DNA from: Trichoplax adhaerens
Lineage: Eukaryota; Animalia; Placozoa
Assembly (NCBI RefSeq): GCF_000150275.1
Contig: NW_002060948.1
Span: 496,001-560,000, forward strand
DNA: 64,000 nucleotides
Reading direction: 5' to 3'
Both the position numbers and the translations under genes were made by a program. The notes beneath the pieces are model-generated. The model searched no databases. It worked only from the letters and a program-made list of their open reading frames with translations, and had not been told where the DNA came from. Below are positions 25,691-38,789 of the stretch, piece after piece (positions within the stretch are counted from its first letter, which is position 1; each line of letters begins with the position of its first letter).

Positions 25691-26549
25691 ATATCCAATT
25701 TAAAGTAACGTTCAGTAAACAGACTTTCATCGCATATTATCCATTTCTTATTTTATTATTACTTTGCATCACCCACAAACCCTATTTACAGCCAGTATTT
25801 TTTTATTTGCAATGATAATAGTACAGTACTACACACAGAAGTCAGAGCTTGTTCTTAATTAATTTTTCAGTCCTCCTCGCTCGTGTAGTAACTAATAAAT
25901 AGGACATAAAAATCAATAGAAGGACTTAGCGTCTTGTTCGCATAGTGCTTAAATTGAACAAATGTTGGTAGTTATAAATCCTTTATTAGTATACAATACA
26001 TTGTTACAATCTTTCATTATTCATAACTTATAACAGATGGAATGTACAAGTAGCCTGAGTACTTCATAATTGTACCTCAAATTACAATCAAGAATGACAG
26101 CAAAGTATTTACAATAGCTTATCTCGCTAGATACTAGCATTATTCATGTTAATATATTTATTGTTTCAAAATAATTGCAAATATAGAAATCAGAATTAGC
26201 TGTTAAAAATGAATAAAAAGCTATGTAATTTGAAAATTTGGATCTCTATCACAGAGTACCAACACTGTACAGACTTGTAATTCAATTTCTTTTTAGCGTT
26301 AGTAATAAAACAAACCTAAATACAGAAAGTTTTTACCCCCACTTTAATTTACGCTTGAGCCGTAAAGCGAGCAAGTAGTTAGTAGTATTTGTTTCTAAAA
26401 CATTATGCAATACGTTAACAATAATTAACCAATATATACAAGCAAATAGATGTAAATGGGGAAAATATACATATTTATATACACAAGCAAATTTTTTCCT
26501 TTCCAATCCATTAATCGCTTTACAGCCTGACTTTTAAATAATAACAGAA

Positions 26550-29435
26550 TTATTGCTTAGCCATCTTTTGAATTTCTCCTTTCTCCTTAATAAATTCCTA
26601 TTTAAATTAATTTAATATACATACTGTTCAGTCAGCGTCCATTTACAAACGAAAGATAATCTTCTACAATTACATCATTATTTATAGGAAACTAGGCGAT
26701 CCATTTATAGTGATCAATTTGTACATCAATAAAGGGCAAGACGTTTCGTAAACTGCATAACCAATCATGGCTTAGAATGTATTTAATCATAATAATAATA
26801 TATGCTGTGAAGAAATACCAACAATTTACCTGTATCTTTGTTAACTGCTGAACATGGGATAGACTACTTATAGGTTTAGCATGTTTTCGTTGACAGTGCT
26901 CAGCTATATTACCGATAGCCATGCATATCTGCCCTAACAACTGACTCTAAAATTTAAAAAGAATTATGAAAGAGATATTCATTCGTTCAAACTTTAGACT
27001 CTTAATGGAAATGCAGTTATTAGTATTACTACATCTTAACATTAAGTACAACGATTCCTAGTCTTTAGTTAGTGGTTAGCAATAGTAATTTCTGATATGA
27101 TAAATAAAATATATATTGGAAGGCTACCGTACATACAACTAAGTACAATTGCGTAGAACATAAAATGTATTCTTAAATATTGTACGTTAGAGCATAAAAA
27201 AATTATTTACCTGATTCCTTTTAATGTTGCTACTATCGGCTAATTCTTGAAGTAACGCATTATTCTTATTAATCCCTGCTTCTAATTTATTTTGCTTTGA
27301 AGCAATTTTCCCATTATATACCTAAATAAATTAAACAATAACGAAGACAAAAATTTTACATCCGTTTTTCTTACCATGATATGAATTTGTTAAACATTTT
27401 TTGTGCCATTCTTAGATCATTAACTTACAAGAAGCTGATGTTCAAATGTTTGTTTTAGCTCCAAATATTTTTGATGTCGATTTTCAATCTAATTATTCAT
27501 ATAGTATCATTTATTAATTGCGCTTACTTTGAAAGGCAAGATTGCCCAGACAAGAATTAATTACAAATAAATTTATTCAACGTCGAAATATTATAGATAA
27601 AGCTGCACCTCATCAGTAGCTGCATGAAGTTGCTTTAACAATCGTTTATTAGTAGAATTAAGAGTTTGATGTCGCATCATCAGAGCCCGAATAATTGAGT
27701 CATTAGTTTCTAAATATTCTGAAATAAAAAATAATCAAAATTTTACCATTGCTATCAACAAGGTAGTATCTTAACATGTACTGCACTTAAATGATACAAT
27801 CCAAAATATTGAAAATTAAATCATTTCTGCAAACTTACTTTCTGGTAAGCGTTCGACTACTAATTGCAAGAACTTTTCAAATACTGAATATCTTTCTACA
27901 AGCAATTTCAATCGTCGATTCCTAAGATAGCATAAAGAAAAAATATTGCGAATATTAACATAAGTCATCATAGATCACAAATAGATTAATTTTATTACGA
28001 AGCAAAGAGATTCTTACTGCTGTTGATATTCTGCGAGCTGCTGTTTTAGTAACTCTAGCTCTACTGTTTTTTGTTCTCTTGTTCTATGCTCGACTTGATA
28101 TTTTTGAATAGCTCTTTTCCTTTTGGCTTCATTTTCATTTAGAAATTTTTCAAATTTTTGAATTCTATCTTTAATCTGCGAATAAATAGTAACGTCAGCG
28201 CGTAAGTAAAGCGAATATGAATCTTAATTAATTGATTAACACTTTAAAGCAACCTACAGTCTGTTGCTTCTTTTCCAACTCTACTCGTCTTTCAGTGCAA
28301 GCTTGCATACGACGTGCAAATTCTTCCCGTTTAGCGTCAAGCTCATTTTGTACTTGATCGACTTCAATCTCTTTCTTAAGCAATAATGTTGACTGTAAAG
28401 TATTGATGCCAGTATCTAGTAATTTATCTGCCGACTAAATCAATACAAGTTTGATCAGTTTTTGTACTAATAACATTTATAATCTGAAAAATCGTACAAC
28501 TTATTTAATGATTGGTGATATTCGAAATAAGAAAACTAATTCTTAAATTACTATTAAAAACTTACCTCTTTGACAATAGCATATCGTTGTACATTATCGC
28601 CATCGTAACTAGAGATATCAAAATCTTTCGTTAGCGTTTTAAGATACCTACAATTAACTCGTTGCATCATAACACACAAAAAATCATCCACCATGTATTT
28701 AAAACTAAAAGATACCCTTTAGTTAACAGTTTTCTAACTAAGATAATAAAAATCTGGCTACGAAAAATCATTAGCTAGTTTCAGATTGCAGAACCCGTTA
28801 TGGTATAGCTTAATGTGTACTCATATACAATTTACAAGATTCTTCTCCATTGGGGATAACTAGAATATATCAAGCTATTTTTCTCTTGAAAGCTTTTTAA
28901 CAATTTTTAAATATATTATATGTAGTTCAATCATCTCTATATTTTAAATCTATTTATTTCTCAATTAGGTTATTGAAATAACCGAAATTAATCTGACCCT
29001 AAATATACCAATTACTGTTCGATGTAGGGCTAATTTCTACGTGCTAAATAGCTACTGTCATTATATAGCAATACTAAAGATAATAGTAAGCGTCTGCATC
29101 GAATTCTATCCATCTAAGGCTATCAAGCACTGAATGTGTCCTCACTTAGTAGGAAGCAAATCAAAACAAAAAAGTGCATCTACTAAAGCAAGAATCACTA
29201 TAGCATCTTATTATAGGTATTTCAATGTTACTAATAAAGGTTTTTCATATCTTCACTTAAAACATTCCGATCGTTTATGTTGAATTTAAAATTCCAGAAT
29301 AGCTGTTAAATTACATTTAAGATTATTTCTATCAAGCTATCTGTTTACATACTTGCTGTCTCCTCCTAACTGAGTAACAAACACGTTTTCCTTTGGATCT
29401 TCTAGTTCTAACCGATATAGCCTCTGTGCCGCCAT
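26550..29435 (-). CDS. DUF4200 coiled-coil protein (CCDC42/CFAP73/CCDC197-like), probably ciliary
   Basis: Exons (minus): 29353-29435, 28566-28608, 28258-28434, 28018-28175, 27839-27921, 27609-27718, 27429-27488, 27211-27321, 26830-26946, 26550-26597. Contains TLLLKKEIEVDQVQNELDAKREEFARRM and KFEKFLNENEAKRKRAIQK, typical of DUF4200, plus N-terminal ENVFVTQL. Confidence 0.85.
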
Positions 29436-29686
29436 ACTAGTTATACGTACACTTAATATGAGTGCTTAGCCTCTTGCGCTTGATTACACGATATATGATT
29501 TTCTATAGTTTCGTATAAAGATTTTACTTTAAAATCGTTTGATGCTTTATAATCGATACGTAAAGTAGTCAGTTCTATACATTTCTATACAGTATGTATA
29601 TGTATAGAAGCTATTTTCAACTAAAACGTAAAGCAGTATCGCCTTTAAACCGATAAAAGTTTTGAAACTTTTAACTATAATATTCC

Positions 29687-29700
29687 GTTTCCATGGTAGC
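29687..29700. promoter_or_regulatory. RFX X-box-like motif
   Basis: GTTTCCATGGTAGC, one mismatch to GTTNCCATGGNAAC, about 250 bp upstream of the DUF4200 gene ATG. Confidence 0.6.
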
Positions 29701-31124
29701 AACTGTTCGAACAGTTAAACGAATAGCGCATGAGCAAAATATCAAGCTGGTGTCCGGTAAATTTAAAATAAATTGAATAGGAAAATATCGACTTTTGGAT
29801 ATTTTATCCTACTAGTATACGATATGTTTGCTTAATTTTTCTTGTTATTAACGTTAAAGATATCTGCCATTATAATCCATCAAGTATTCACTACTGCAAA
29901 GTTTTTCAATATATTCATATTTATCCTTGCACTCGCTATTAATTAACCATCAGTACTATAGTCGGTGTACTATTTAACGTGATCTAAGCTAGAGGTGAGA
30001 ATAAAAGCAATAGGTACCGTACACTTACTACTAACTACGATTATATGACGATCTCTCTCATTTAGCAATTTATACATATATGGCACGTGATGTATTTATT
30101 CCACTAAATTATATGTTGCTAAACAACATTCAGTATCACGACAAATTAAATCGTCAGGGAGTTTTATAGAATAGACTTATGTAATCAAATCAGATCAGTC
30201 ATACGTAAATATCCTTAACAACTTCTTTCATCTCCATTTGTATCACAAACTTGATATCAACCCTATGCCTACGGAAAATTAGTTCGAGAATATGGTTCTT
30301 CGGTAATAACCGTACTACACGCACGCCATTACATATCTTTACGTTCACTGCCTGATAGTAGCAATTAGCAAGCAGCGTGATATCGTAATAAATCACTACA
30401 GTATCTGACAATACAAAATATTATGGTTTTTCTTGTACTAGAACCCATAATCTATTCCATTCCCCTCCGCTATCTCTTAATAGAGTGAGTAGAGTATAGT
30501 TCATATTACTATTCAGTGCCTTCGGCTATAGTTCAACTCTCTATGGAAGTATATGAAAGTCGAACAAGATTATAATAGTCCACGATTATATCCAGCATGC
30601 AGTGTACAAAATTACATTAATAACTCAGTAAATCCTCCACATTGCAACTACTGTACAATACTAGTACGGGTTCGCAACTTAATAAGTCATCTACAACATT
30701 GGTAATGCGGTATTCAATCAAAGTCAGTCATATACAGAATCCTGTAGTTAAAACTGCAGAAATAGAGATGAGATCATTCAGCATGCTGTGCTAAAATACT
30801 TCTCTTTCAACAAGCACAATTGAAAGTTTAAATTCATCCATTACGTTAAAGATTTAAATTTCTGATTCCAGACATGCTTTATTTAACCAAAATACATATC
30901 AACACGTACAGGACATTTCAAATGTACCTATTTATTAAACTACAGCCATCGTGATACCTAAAAGTAGTAGTGCAATTCCTTTCTACCTATAAGTATTATC
31001 GTTGAGAATTAAATAAATATTATTAGGCGACTTTATGGTAATATTAAACTAAGGTAGTCAAGATCTGAAAATTATCGATCAATCATAAAATAAAATAAGA
31101 TATATGTACTATACGTCTCGTTAA

Positions 31125-33248
31125 TCACTTAAGTAATTGTAATAAATGTTGACTAAAGGAATATAAAGGAAATCCCATCACGTTGAAGTAATCCCCATGA
31201 ATTTCTTTTACTAAAGTAGAGCCACGTCCTTGTATACCGAATGTAAGCGTTTGTTAAGAAATAACCAGAAAGTCAAAGAATCACAGAAGCTATGAATAGA
31301 TAACGATGCAACTATGAAATGAATGGATGGGTTTGATTCTGGCAGTACAGCAACTAGTAGCATAATTTAGAAAAATGATAACACATAAAATATTAAAGTG
31401 TACTTGACATAGTGTGTAATAGAAAGGATATGATCCAGCCTTATCCCTGTTCGTAATTAGAGAATCAAATATTTCATTTGTTAGTGATAACATACGACAT
31501 TACTTTTAATTAAATTTATTTGGGAAGGATAATATGACCGCATAATGCTTACATAGGTTCTCCAGTTTTAACATAGGCTTCAATCACTTCGTGACTCAAC
31601 TCTCCCATTATGACTTCAGTCTTTTCGTGAAACTGAACAATGTTCATGCTCTCCTCTATTCAAACAACGAAATTCTTTTTTACACAATTTTTAAAATTAG
31701 ATGAAATAATATTAGTTACATACTTTCAATATCCGTTATTAGAGTAATTCCGGTACAAACATAATGAGATCTGGAACTTAGGCTGAAAACGTTAAAACAA
31801 AAGTACGGTGTTGCTATTTACGATCATGTCATATACTATCACCTTTAACAAGAATTAGTAAATCTATCAAGCAGTAAACTAAGCTCAGTACCGATTGCAA
31901 ACATTATCATCTTTATAAAGAATTGGAGTATAAGTAATATAAAACCTTGCAAGCATTTGAGCTGCGTGTCTTTCATCGGCGGGTTTTTCTAAAATTTGAT
32001 CGCCAAGAACCTAAAAATTCGGGTAGAAAATACGGGTACATAAACGTCATCCAATAAGAAATCTTACCACATATAATGTCGTATAGCTGACATTGTGGCA
32101 CTTTCAATCTTCTTGAGACTTACAACAACAGTATCTGCACCAATGATCAGATCCGCACGAGTACCCTTGAATAAGTCAACAATAGCGCATCATAATACCG
32201 TTGATGATATACAGTACCAATACCATATAAAGCAAAGTTTACATTTAATTACTGTAAAATCTTCTCTAGGAGTTGAGAGTTTATAAAATAATGTAACTGT
32301 TCCCGATAGATACACTTACCTTTTCTAATAAATTAGAAGCAACTTCTTTAGCCTTCTGTTTTGCAGTTTCTTTGACGTAATCAGACGGAAGTGCAAATAG
32401 ATTCTTGTCAAGATTCTCTTCAAAGTTGGAGGGAATAGCTTTAAATTTCAACCCCTATATTAATAAATTTATGCATAATCATAATATCGTTAAAATTAAT
32501 TTCAAATGATTTCATTCACAGATATTCAGTACTCGCTTCAATTACAGTGTGATCTTGTAATATGTATTAATTATTTAATTATTACTACAATGAATTAAAA
32601 GCATTTGTCACATCTTAAGACCTGCAAGCTGCGTGAGCTGTACAGTAAATAAGTTATTAATTTGTCAGTTCGATCGGATGATATTTAATATGCTTTTATT
32701 GGACTTGATTCCTTCAATTCAAAAGAATACATTTTGATTGCATCGTTAACATGTTACTGCTGCACCATCCTTATTACAGGGTAGCAGTACACATACATAT
32801 AGCATGTTCATCTTACTTCAGCAATAACAGCATACACTCAATTTTTTAGTGTTACAGGCCAAATTATTTAAAAGACAATGAAACTGTGAAGGTGCTTCAC
32901 ATTTATCAACTGTATAGCACATGCAAACTTTGCAGTAGTATTTTTAAACTAGGTAAATTCAAGCTGCAAAATGAGCAAATTATTTTAGTGATAGGCTCTC
33001 TCTCATCAGCTAGCTGGCTATTATTACTGTACGTGCAGCCGATGGACACTTTCCTGTCAAGAATGTCAAATGCTCCTATGCGTTTATCCAAATACCCTGC
33101 AACGATTACGACATGGATAGTAAATTTTCTATCCTATCTATCACCTACTATTACTTACAATTAAATTAAGTAAGTGATGTCTTCGAGGCGATCCACTTGC
33201 AAGAATGATAGATTTATCGGCCAACTTGCTTAGAACAGGCTCTAACAT
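31125..33248 (-). CDS. Maf-family nucleoside triphosphate pyrophosphatase (YhdE/ASMTL N-terminal-like), stand-alone
   Basis: Exons (minus): 33159-33248, 32320-32454, 32124-32165, 31946-32010, 31724-31782, 31553-31655, 31432-31446, 31125-31242. Motifs IILASGSPRR, SNFEENLDK, LIIGADTVV, ILEKP, YVKTGEPMDKAGSFGIQG, IHGDYFNVMGFPL. Confidence 0.92.
31243..31431 (-). other. U12-type (minor spliceosome) AT-AC intron, 189 nt
   Basis: Minus-strand 5' end ATATCCTTT (31431-31423), branch site TTCTTAAC (31260-31253) ten nt before the end of the terminal AC (31244-31243). Removal restores the frame and the DKAGSFGIQ motif. Confidence 0.9.
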
Positions 33249-33715
33249 TTCGTCTTCTTCTTGAATAATAGTAGAGTTTAAAGGTGAAAAAATTGAAACT
33301 GCTTGCTTCTACCAGTCTATGTCCTTTCGTAGAGACCTTGCAAAGAGGATTTTCCCAATACTTTCCAGGATGAAATGGTTAATTAACTCAAATTATATCA
33401 AGTTTAGCAAGCTACAATTGCATAAAATTGCATCATGCAGAGGTTGCTATGATTCCTAGCTGCAGTTTTTGTTATGATACTCCAGTTACGCGGGAAATAC
33501 CCATCGACCGATAGAGGAAAAGAAATGGTAGGGACTTTACAAAGCACAGTATGAAACTAATAGGGAAGTTTGTGTACCATGACTGCCATAGTACGAGTCC
33601 AAAGTCTTGTCATACTAGCTCTATTATAGTGATCAAACAAGAGGTAAGAAGTTATACAATTTTATTATCCAGGACGTGTGTCTATTTTACTGGTCATTTC
33701 AACTGAATAGCGAAG

Positions 33716-33870
33716 TGAAACGATACGTTCCGTTCCGTTCCGGTTCTCATCCGAATGAGCCACTTTGCTGTCCTTGGCTGCTTTTGTACAGTGTAGTATA
33801 CGGTTACAGTGATCGCGTATATTAGAATGACTAGAAAAATAATAGGCACCTGCATTATTTTGTACTGAAA
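33716..33870 (-). mobile_element. Partial or degenerate MITE family A copy upstream of the Maf gene
   Basis: Reverse complement CAGTACAAAATAATG...TATTATTTTTCTAGTCATTCTAATATACGC...CGTATACTACACTGTACAAAA...CCAAG matches about 11438-11535 and 19999-20095. Confidence 0.6.
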
Positions 33871-36800
33871 GGCTACTTGTGGTCTCTCTCTAGCAGAGGC
33901 TCCATTTATACTTTTAGACTCTACCTCGCTAGCCAACAAGGAGCTCCAAAAAATGGTCTTCAGGTTTTTACTGAAGTATAATATGACGTTTTACGTCTTT
34001 ATGTCTTCAATAACAGGTATAGCACTTGGCTATATGATTTATGAGAAGAAACAAGGACGTCCTATAAGATGTAAGGTTGAAAACATGTATTTGCAAACTA
34101 TATGATACACAACAAGAACACACACACACGATGCAAAATTGCTCAATAGGCCAAGCTGGCTAAGAAAAATGATCCTGATATTTATTATTACCTTGCTTGT
34201 AGATCCAAAAGATGCTTCAGCCAACAGTGAACGTATCATTGATAAGCTTGGCGCAATTGAGAATCTCTCCACAATCATCCAATTTTTAAATTCCTCAACC
34301 AAGGTAAAATGATTGTCATTATAATAACAATCGTATTTGCAAACCTTGGTGTAACTTTCATGCACAATCATCACTACTGTAGTATTTGCTGTACTAATTT
34401 TACAATCCAAATTTTGCCTTCTTTAGAGAGGTAGGACAGAGGCATCCCCTACTAGTATCATAGATGTTACTTCATTACTGATATAATGTAATACATCAAC
34501 ATTAAAATCAATTATATACTCGTATAATTAATTCATTATATACGTATAATCAGCGTTACAAAATCAATCATTAGATTCTACTTTATCAATATCACAGGAG
34601 GCTGGAAGGAATCATCGAACAGTAGCCATATAGGCCGTATAGACTAGCATATCACACTTTTACCCCTTACCAATACTATCGCATTAACCTTGAACAACCT
34701 AGAGTTGAATATGTTATAATTAGTTCCTTTAGAATAGATTACTGATTTATGTCCATAGCCAAATTAAATCAATCAATCACTCTATTAAACTGTCCGTAAT
34801 TGAATTTGATACCATTATATTCTAAATCCTCATCGTTCTAAGCACTTTAAGCTAAACTACTAATCATACATGTATCTTTACCATACAATTGCTTCTAGGA
34901 TGACTGGAACTTGAAGAACTATAATAAAGATAAAACCAATGAAAAAGCAGAAGATTGAAAGATTTTACTATCGTGATGGTATTCCGCATTACTGTACAAA
35001 TTAGTGTAGAACATGATGACATATAGCATCAAGTGGCTCTTTCTAGTATTTATACCTTACACAATTTTAAATGGCATAACTGAGCAGTTTTTGAAACTCT
35101 CAACTTTGCTCAACCGAAAGATCTCAGCATATATCTACCATCCAACATGTCAAGTAACTCATATTCAATTTCTATACCAATAATGATCCTGTCTACTGAG
35201 GACACGAGAATTTCCAATGCTGTCTAACGTGCTCAAAATCTATTCGATATTGCCTAATCCGCTTGCTGCTACAATAGATGACTACGTTACATTAATTAGC
35301 ATTATAACTGCGACAAAACATCCAACTTAATGATATGAAGATATTCAGACTATTCACTAACCTATGCAAGTCGAGATTGTTATCAAACTAACAATGGACA
35401 TGATGACTTCTTAAATATTCTGTAATATCGATATGAAATTTCCTCTTGTAAGTACGGTAACTTGCTATTTCAACTATGATGCCTTTGCATTACTTAAAAT
35501 ACTATTAAAATGCAGTAAGAATGGCTGCTGCAGTGTGAAAGATAAATCACGTAGCAAGATTGATTCTAGCCACAGTACATTTTTCTATACTGCTCATGCA
35601 GTCACTATAATATAGAACCACATTTTGATATTTACAATACAAAAGATGTATACTTATTGTAAAAATGTTTACCAAATATTTTGCATCTTGGTCATAGTAA
35701 GGCTAAATAAATCTTGTAATAAATTCGATTTTCCTAGGATATGTGCCATTTGGCTGATATTTAGCGGTGGAATGAAATATATTATCAATAATACTACAGC
35801 TATCTTCTCTAATTTCCAATATTAAATAACATGAAATCTATCATGATAAATGGAACGTACCGACTAATGAGACTAACTTGTTTCTGAATGATAGATACAT
35901 CTGGTGATTAGATTGCGGTTAATTAATTATTTTATATGCATGATACGATGGCATCAAATTCCTACAGTGCGATATGTTATACTGTTACTGAGTAACTTTT
36001 GCATAGCTACCGTAACATAGTTTCCTTAGGATTACTTATCTAGGAATGTACTGATGTTAATTTATCTATATATTGATAACTAATGTTTATGTAGATTTAC
36101 TATAAATTGACTGGTTTTTCAATTAAGTTCGGGTTTAGTTTTGTTTAAGAGAGTAGTTGCGTTACTATTCCTCCTAACGATATGAGATCCTTAGTATTTA
36201 GAGTCATACTGTACCGTAGGTAGATGTCGGAGAGGACAAATCTGACCATAGGCTCGTAGTGGCATAGTTTTCTGTAGTAGTTTAACTTTTCCTCGTTACA
36301 AATTTCGATTTGCAACTCATACCATATAGATTTAATTTTTTTCTTTCCACTAATATTACAGTGTAATTTGAGTACGTATATCGTATAATTTTAATGATTC
36401 AATTCCTGGTTTCAATGACGACAGTATGATAAGACTGCAATCCTATTCGCATATTTACCATAATGTACGATTTTAGAGTTCAAAGAATTGCTCAGGATTT
36501 CTGACGCGTCCGCTTACAACTGTGGACATATATATTTGGGGATATAACTGTATTATTGTTTTGCTATCACTATTATAATGTACTGTTAGGCTGTTATAGT
36601 GATACCATTCTTAAATATTTATTTTTAAGAATAAAAGGTACAAATGGAATAGCTTAACAGTATTTATTTCAACTTTAAACTAACCAATCTCTACACTTGA
36701 CCCTATTTATGTATTTTCATCAGTATGCGAGTCTATTTAGTGTGGAAAGAAAATAGAAGGTTTTTGAACAAAGATAGCTTTAAAATGAAATACGTATAGA

Positions 36801-38789
36801 TAAATATAACATAAATATATTATTAGCTCCAGCTATAAGTTAAGTAATCCCTAAACTCCTACTTGCAATTTATTAATATCCAAGGATAATACAGAAAAAA
36901 TAAAATAAAAATTTCTAAGTACCGTCGTAAAAATACACATAGTCATGGTAATTTTTTCGGATGTTCAACATAATCTAATACGGTAATGCTTTCTTTGATA
37001 TGCGAATAATATTAGTAATATTAAAGCAATTTAATAGATATTGCATTTTGAATATTAATAATAGACTATATATATATCAGGTCGCTACTATGTTCTTAAA
37101 ATCACACATAGGTCACGTACTATAGAATTATCAGTTAACAGCTTTTAAAAAAAAACTTTCCATACCCACAACTGCTACACTACTATTATGTTACCATTGC
37201 TGATAAATTACTGTATTAATTAAAAATATCGAGAATTTTAATACTATCTCATCTAGGTATATTTCTAATGCTAAAATTGGCTCGTAACGATATCTATTTT
37301 ATTACAGACTAGTTCCTATTTACAGTTATACTATTTTATGCTTTATTTTTTAAAATAAAATTTATCTATCCATCTGGCTTCTATCGAATTATGGAAATGC
37401 TACAGTAACCTATGTTAAAAGACATTCTAAAAACTAATTATATCATCTTCGCTAGGATATTAACCATTGTCATCCTTAATTGCTAGTAAATTATACACAA
37501 CTTGTTACGAATTATTTTTATAACATTTACGAGTATATTCTTATCTTGAAATAAAGAAATTTCTATATCCATCCTACAGTAGACTATCCTACATGGAATG
37601 GAGCAGGTCAATCTTTCCATCGTCTAGAAATGGGAATCTATTCTAAATTTCGAATCGTTGCTATTCCTACCTACTACTACCACCACTTCCAGCATTTTTA
37701 TAACATCAGATAAGAGTGCATTTTACCTTTCTCGCTCTCTTACTAATAGTAGGGAATATAATACACCTATAAGTATGCTAATAGCAAGGAAAAGCGCTAA
37801 AAGAGTCAATTGAAAATACATTCTTCTACTATGTCACTTGTGCATATTGACTTTTCTCATTTTCCTATATCCGCATAGCAAGGATATGTCGAAAAGAGAA
37901 TTGAAATTATAATCTTTCTACTGTATGCAACTTGTGTAACCTTCTAATACAATTAATTGATTATAGTGGACAATGGATTGCTATTCAAGCCAATATTGCC
38001 TATACAGGATAAAACAGTAACCGCTAACAAATTGATTGACGACATGTTTGTTATGTCTACTAGTCGTTTTTATTCATTAAACAAAGAAAATCGGGGCAAT
38101 TTTCCTTCTGTTTTTTCCTATAACAACTACCATAATTGATGCTCATGCGTGCTATTTCCAATTTTTTGATTTAATGATCTGCAAGTGATCATCATAATTG
38201 ATGAGCAATAATATCCTTGTCGCATTAGTGATGATCACTAGCTAGTTTACGAATATCGACCGCATCTGTGGTGCTAAAGTTATCCCTTGAAGAATTTGCA
38301 TCCATTTCATGACTTACTCTCTCTATTTACCCGTCTTTTAACGGATTGATTATTGATAAGAATTAGAATTGGAATAGAATTGCAAGATTTGAAAGCTATC
38401 GTGAAAAAACAGAAGTAAGAAAAATGAAGATAAATCTTGTCATTATCTAACTAACTTGATCAGGTCTATTATCCATCATAGATGGATGGATTTATTTTTT
38501 TTCTCCTCAATTATTGTTTATTCATGTCGTTGTAAAATGTTATTTTATTAAAGTCATTCTCCTTTTTCTACTGGTAAAATGGATGTCAACACTCGTTTGA
38601 TTTTTTGCTTGTTTTTCACTCTTCTCCATAAGCTAGAAAATTCAATTACTATCTTGCACCGAATTATTTGGATATTAATTACTCCATTCCTTCTTGCTAA
38701 GGTGAATGAAAGTCTACTTGATAGCAAGGGACTTGTTCAACGAGGATTCCATACTAATATTATTTTTCCTCTTTCGACTAATACTAGAT

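Noticed and set aside
30209-30222. ATATCCTTAAC, resembling U12 donor and branch sequences
   Set aside because: Intergenic, with no flanking exons; likely chance.
33860-33965. Possible snRNA (U7-like) or other structured RNA upstream of Maf
   Set aside because: No recognisable Sm-site plus stem arrangement or family similarity; adjacent sequence is explained by a MITE fragment.
36020-36035. X-box candidate for CFAP36 (GTTTCCTTAGGATTAC)
   Set aside because: Second half-site is poor and it lies 2.7 kb from the ATG with unknown TSS.
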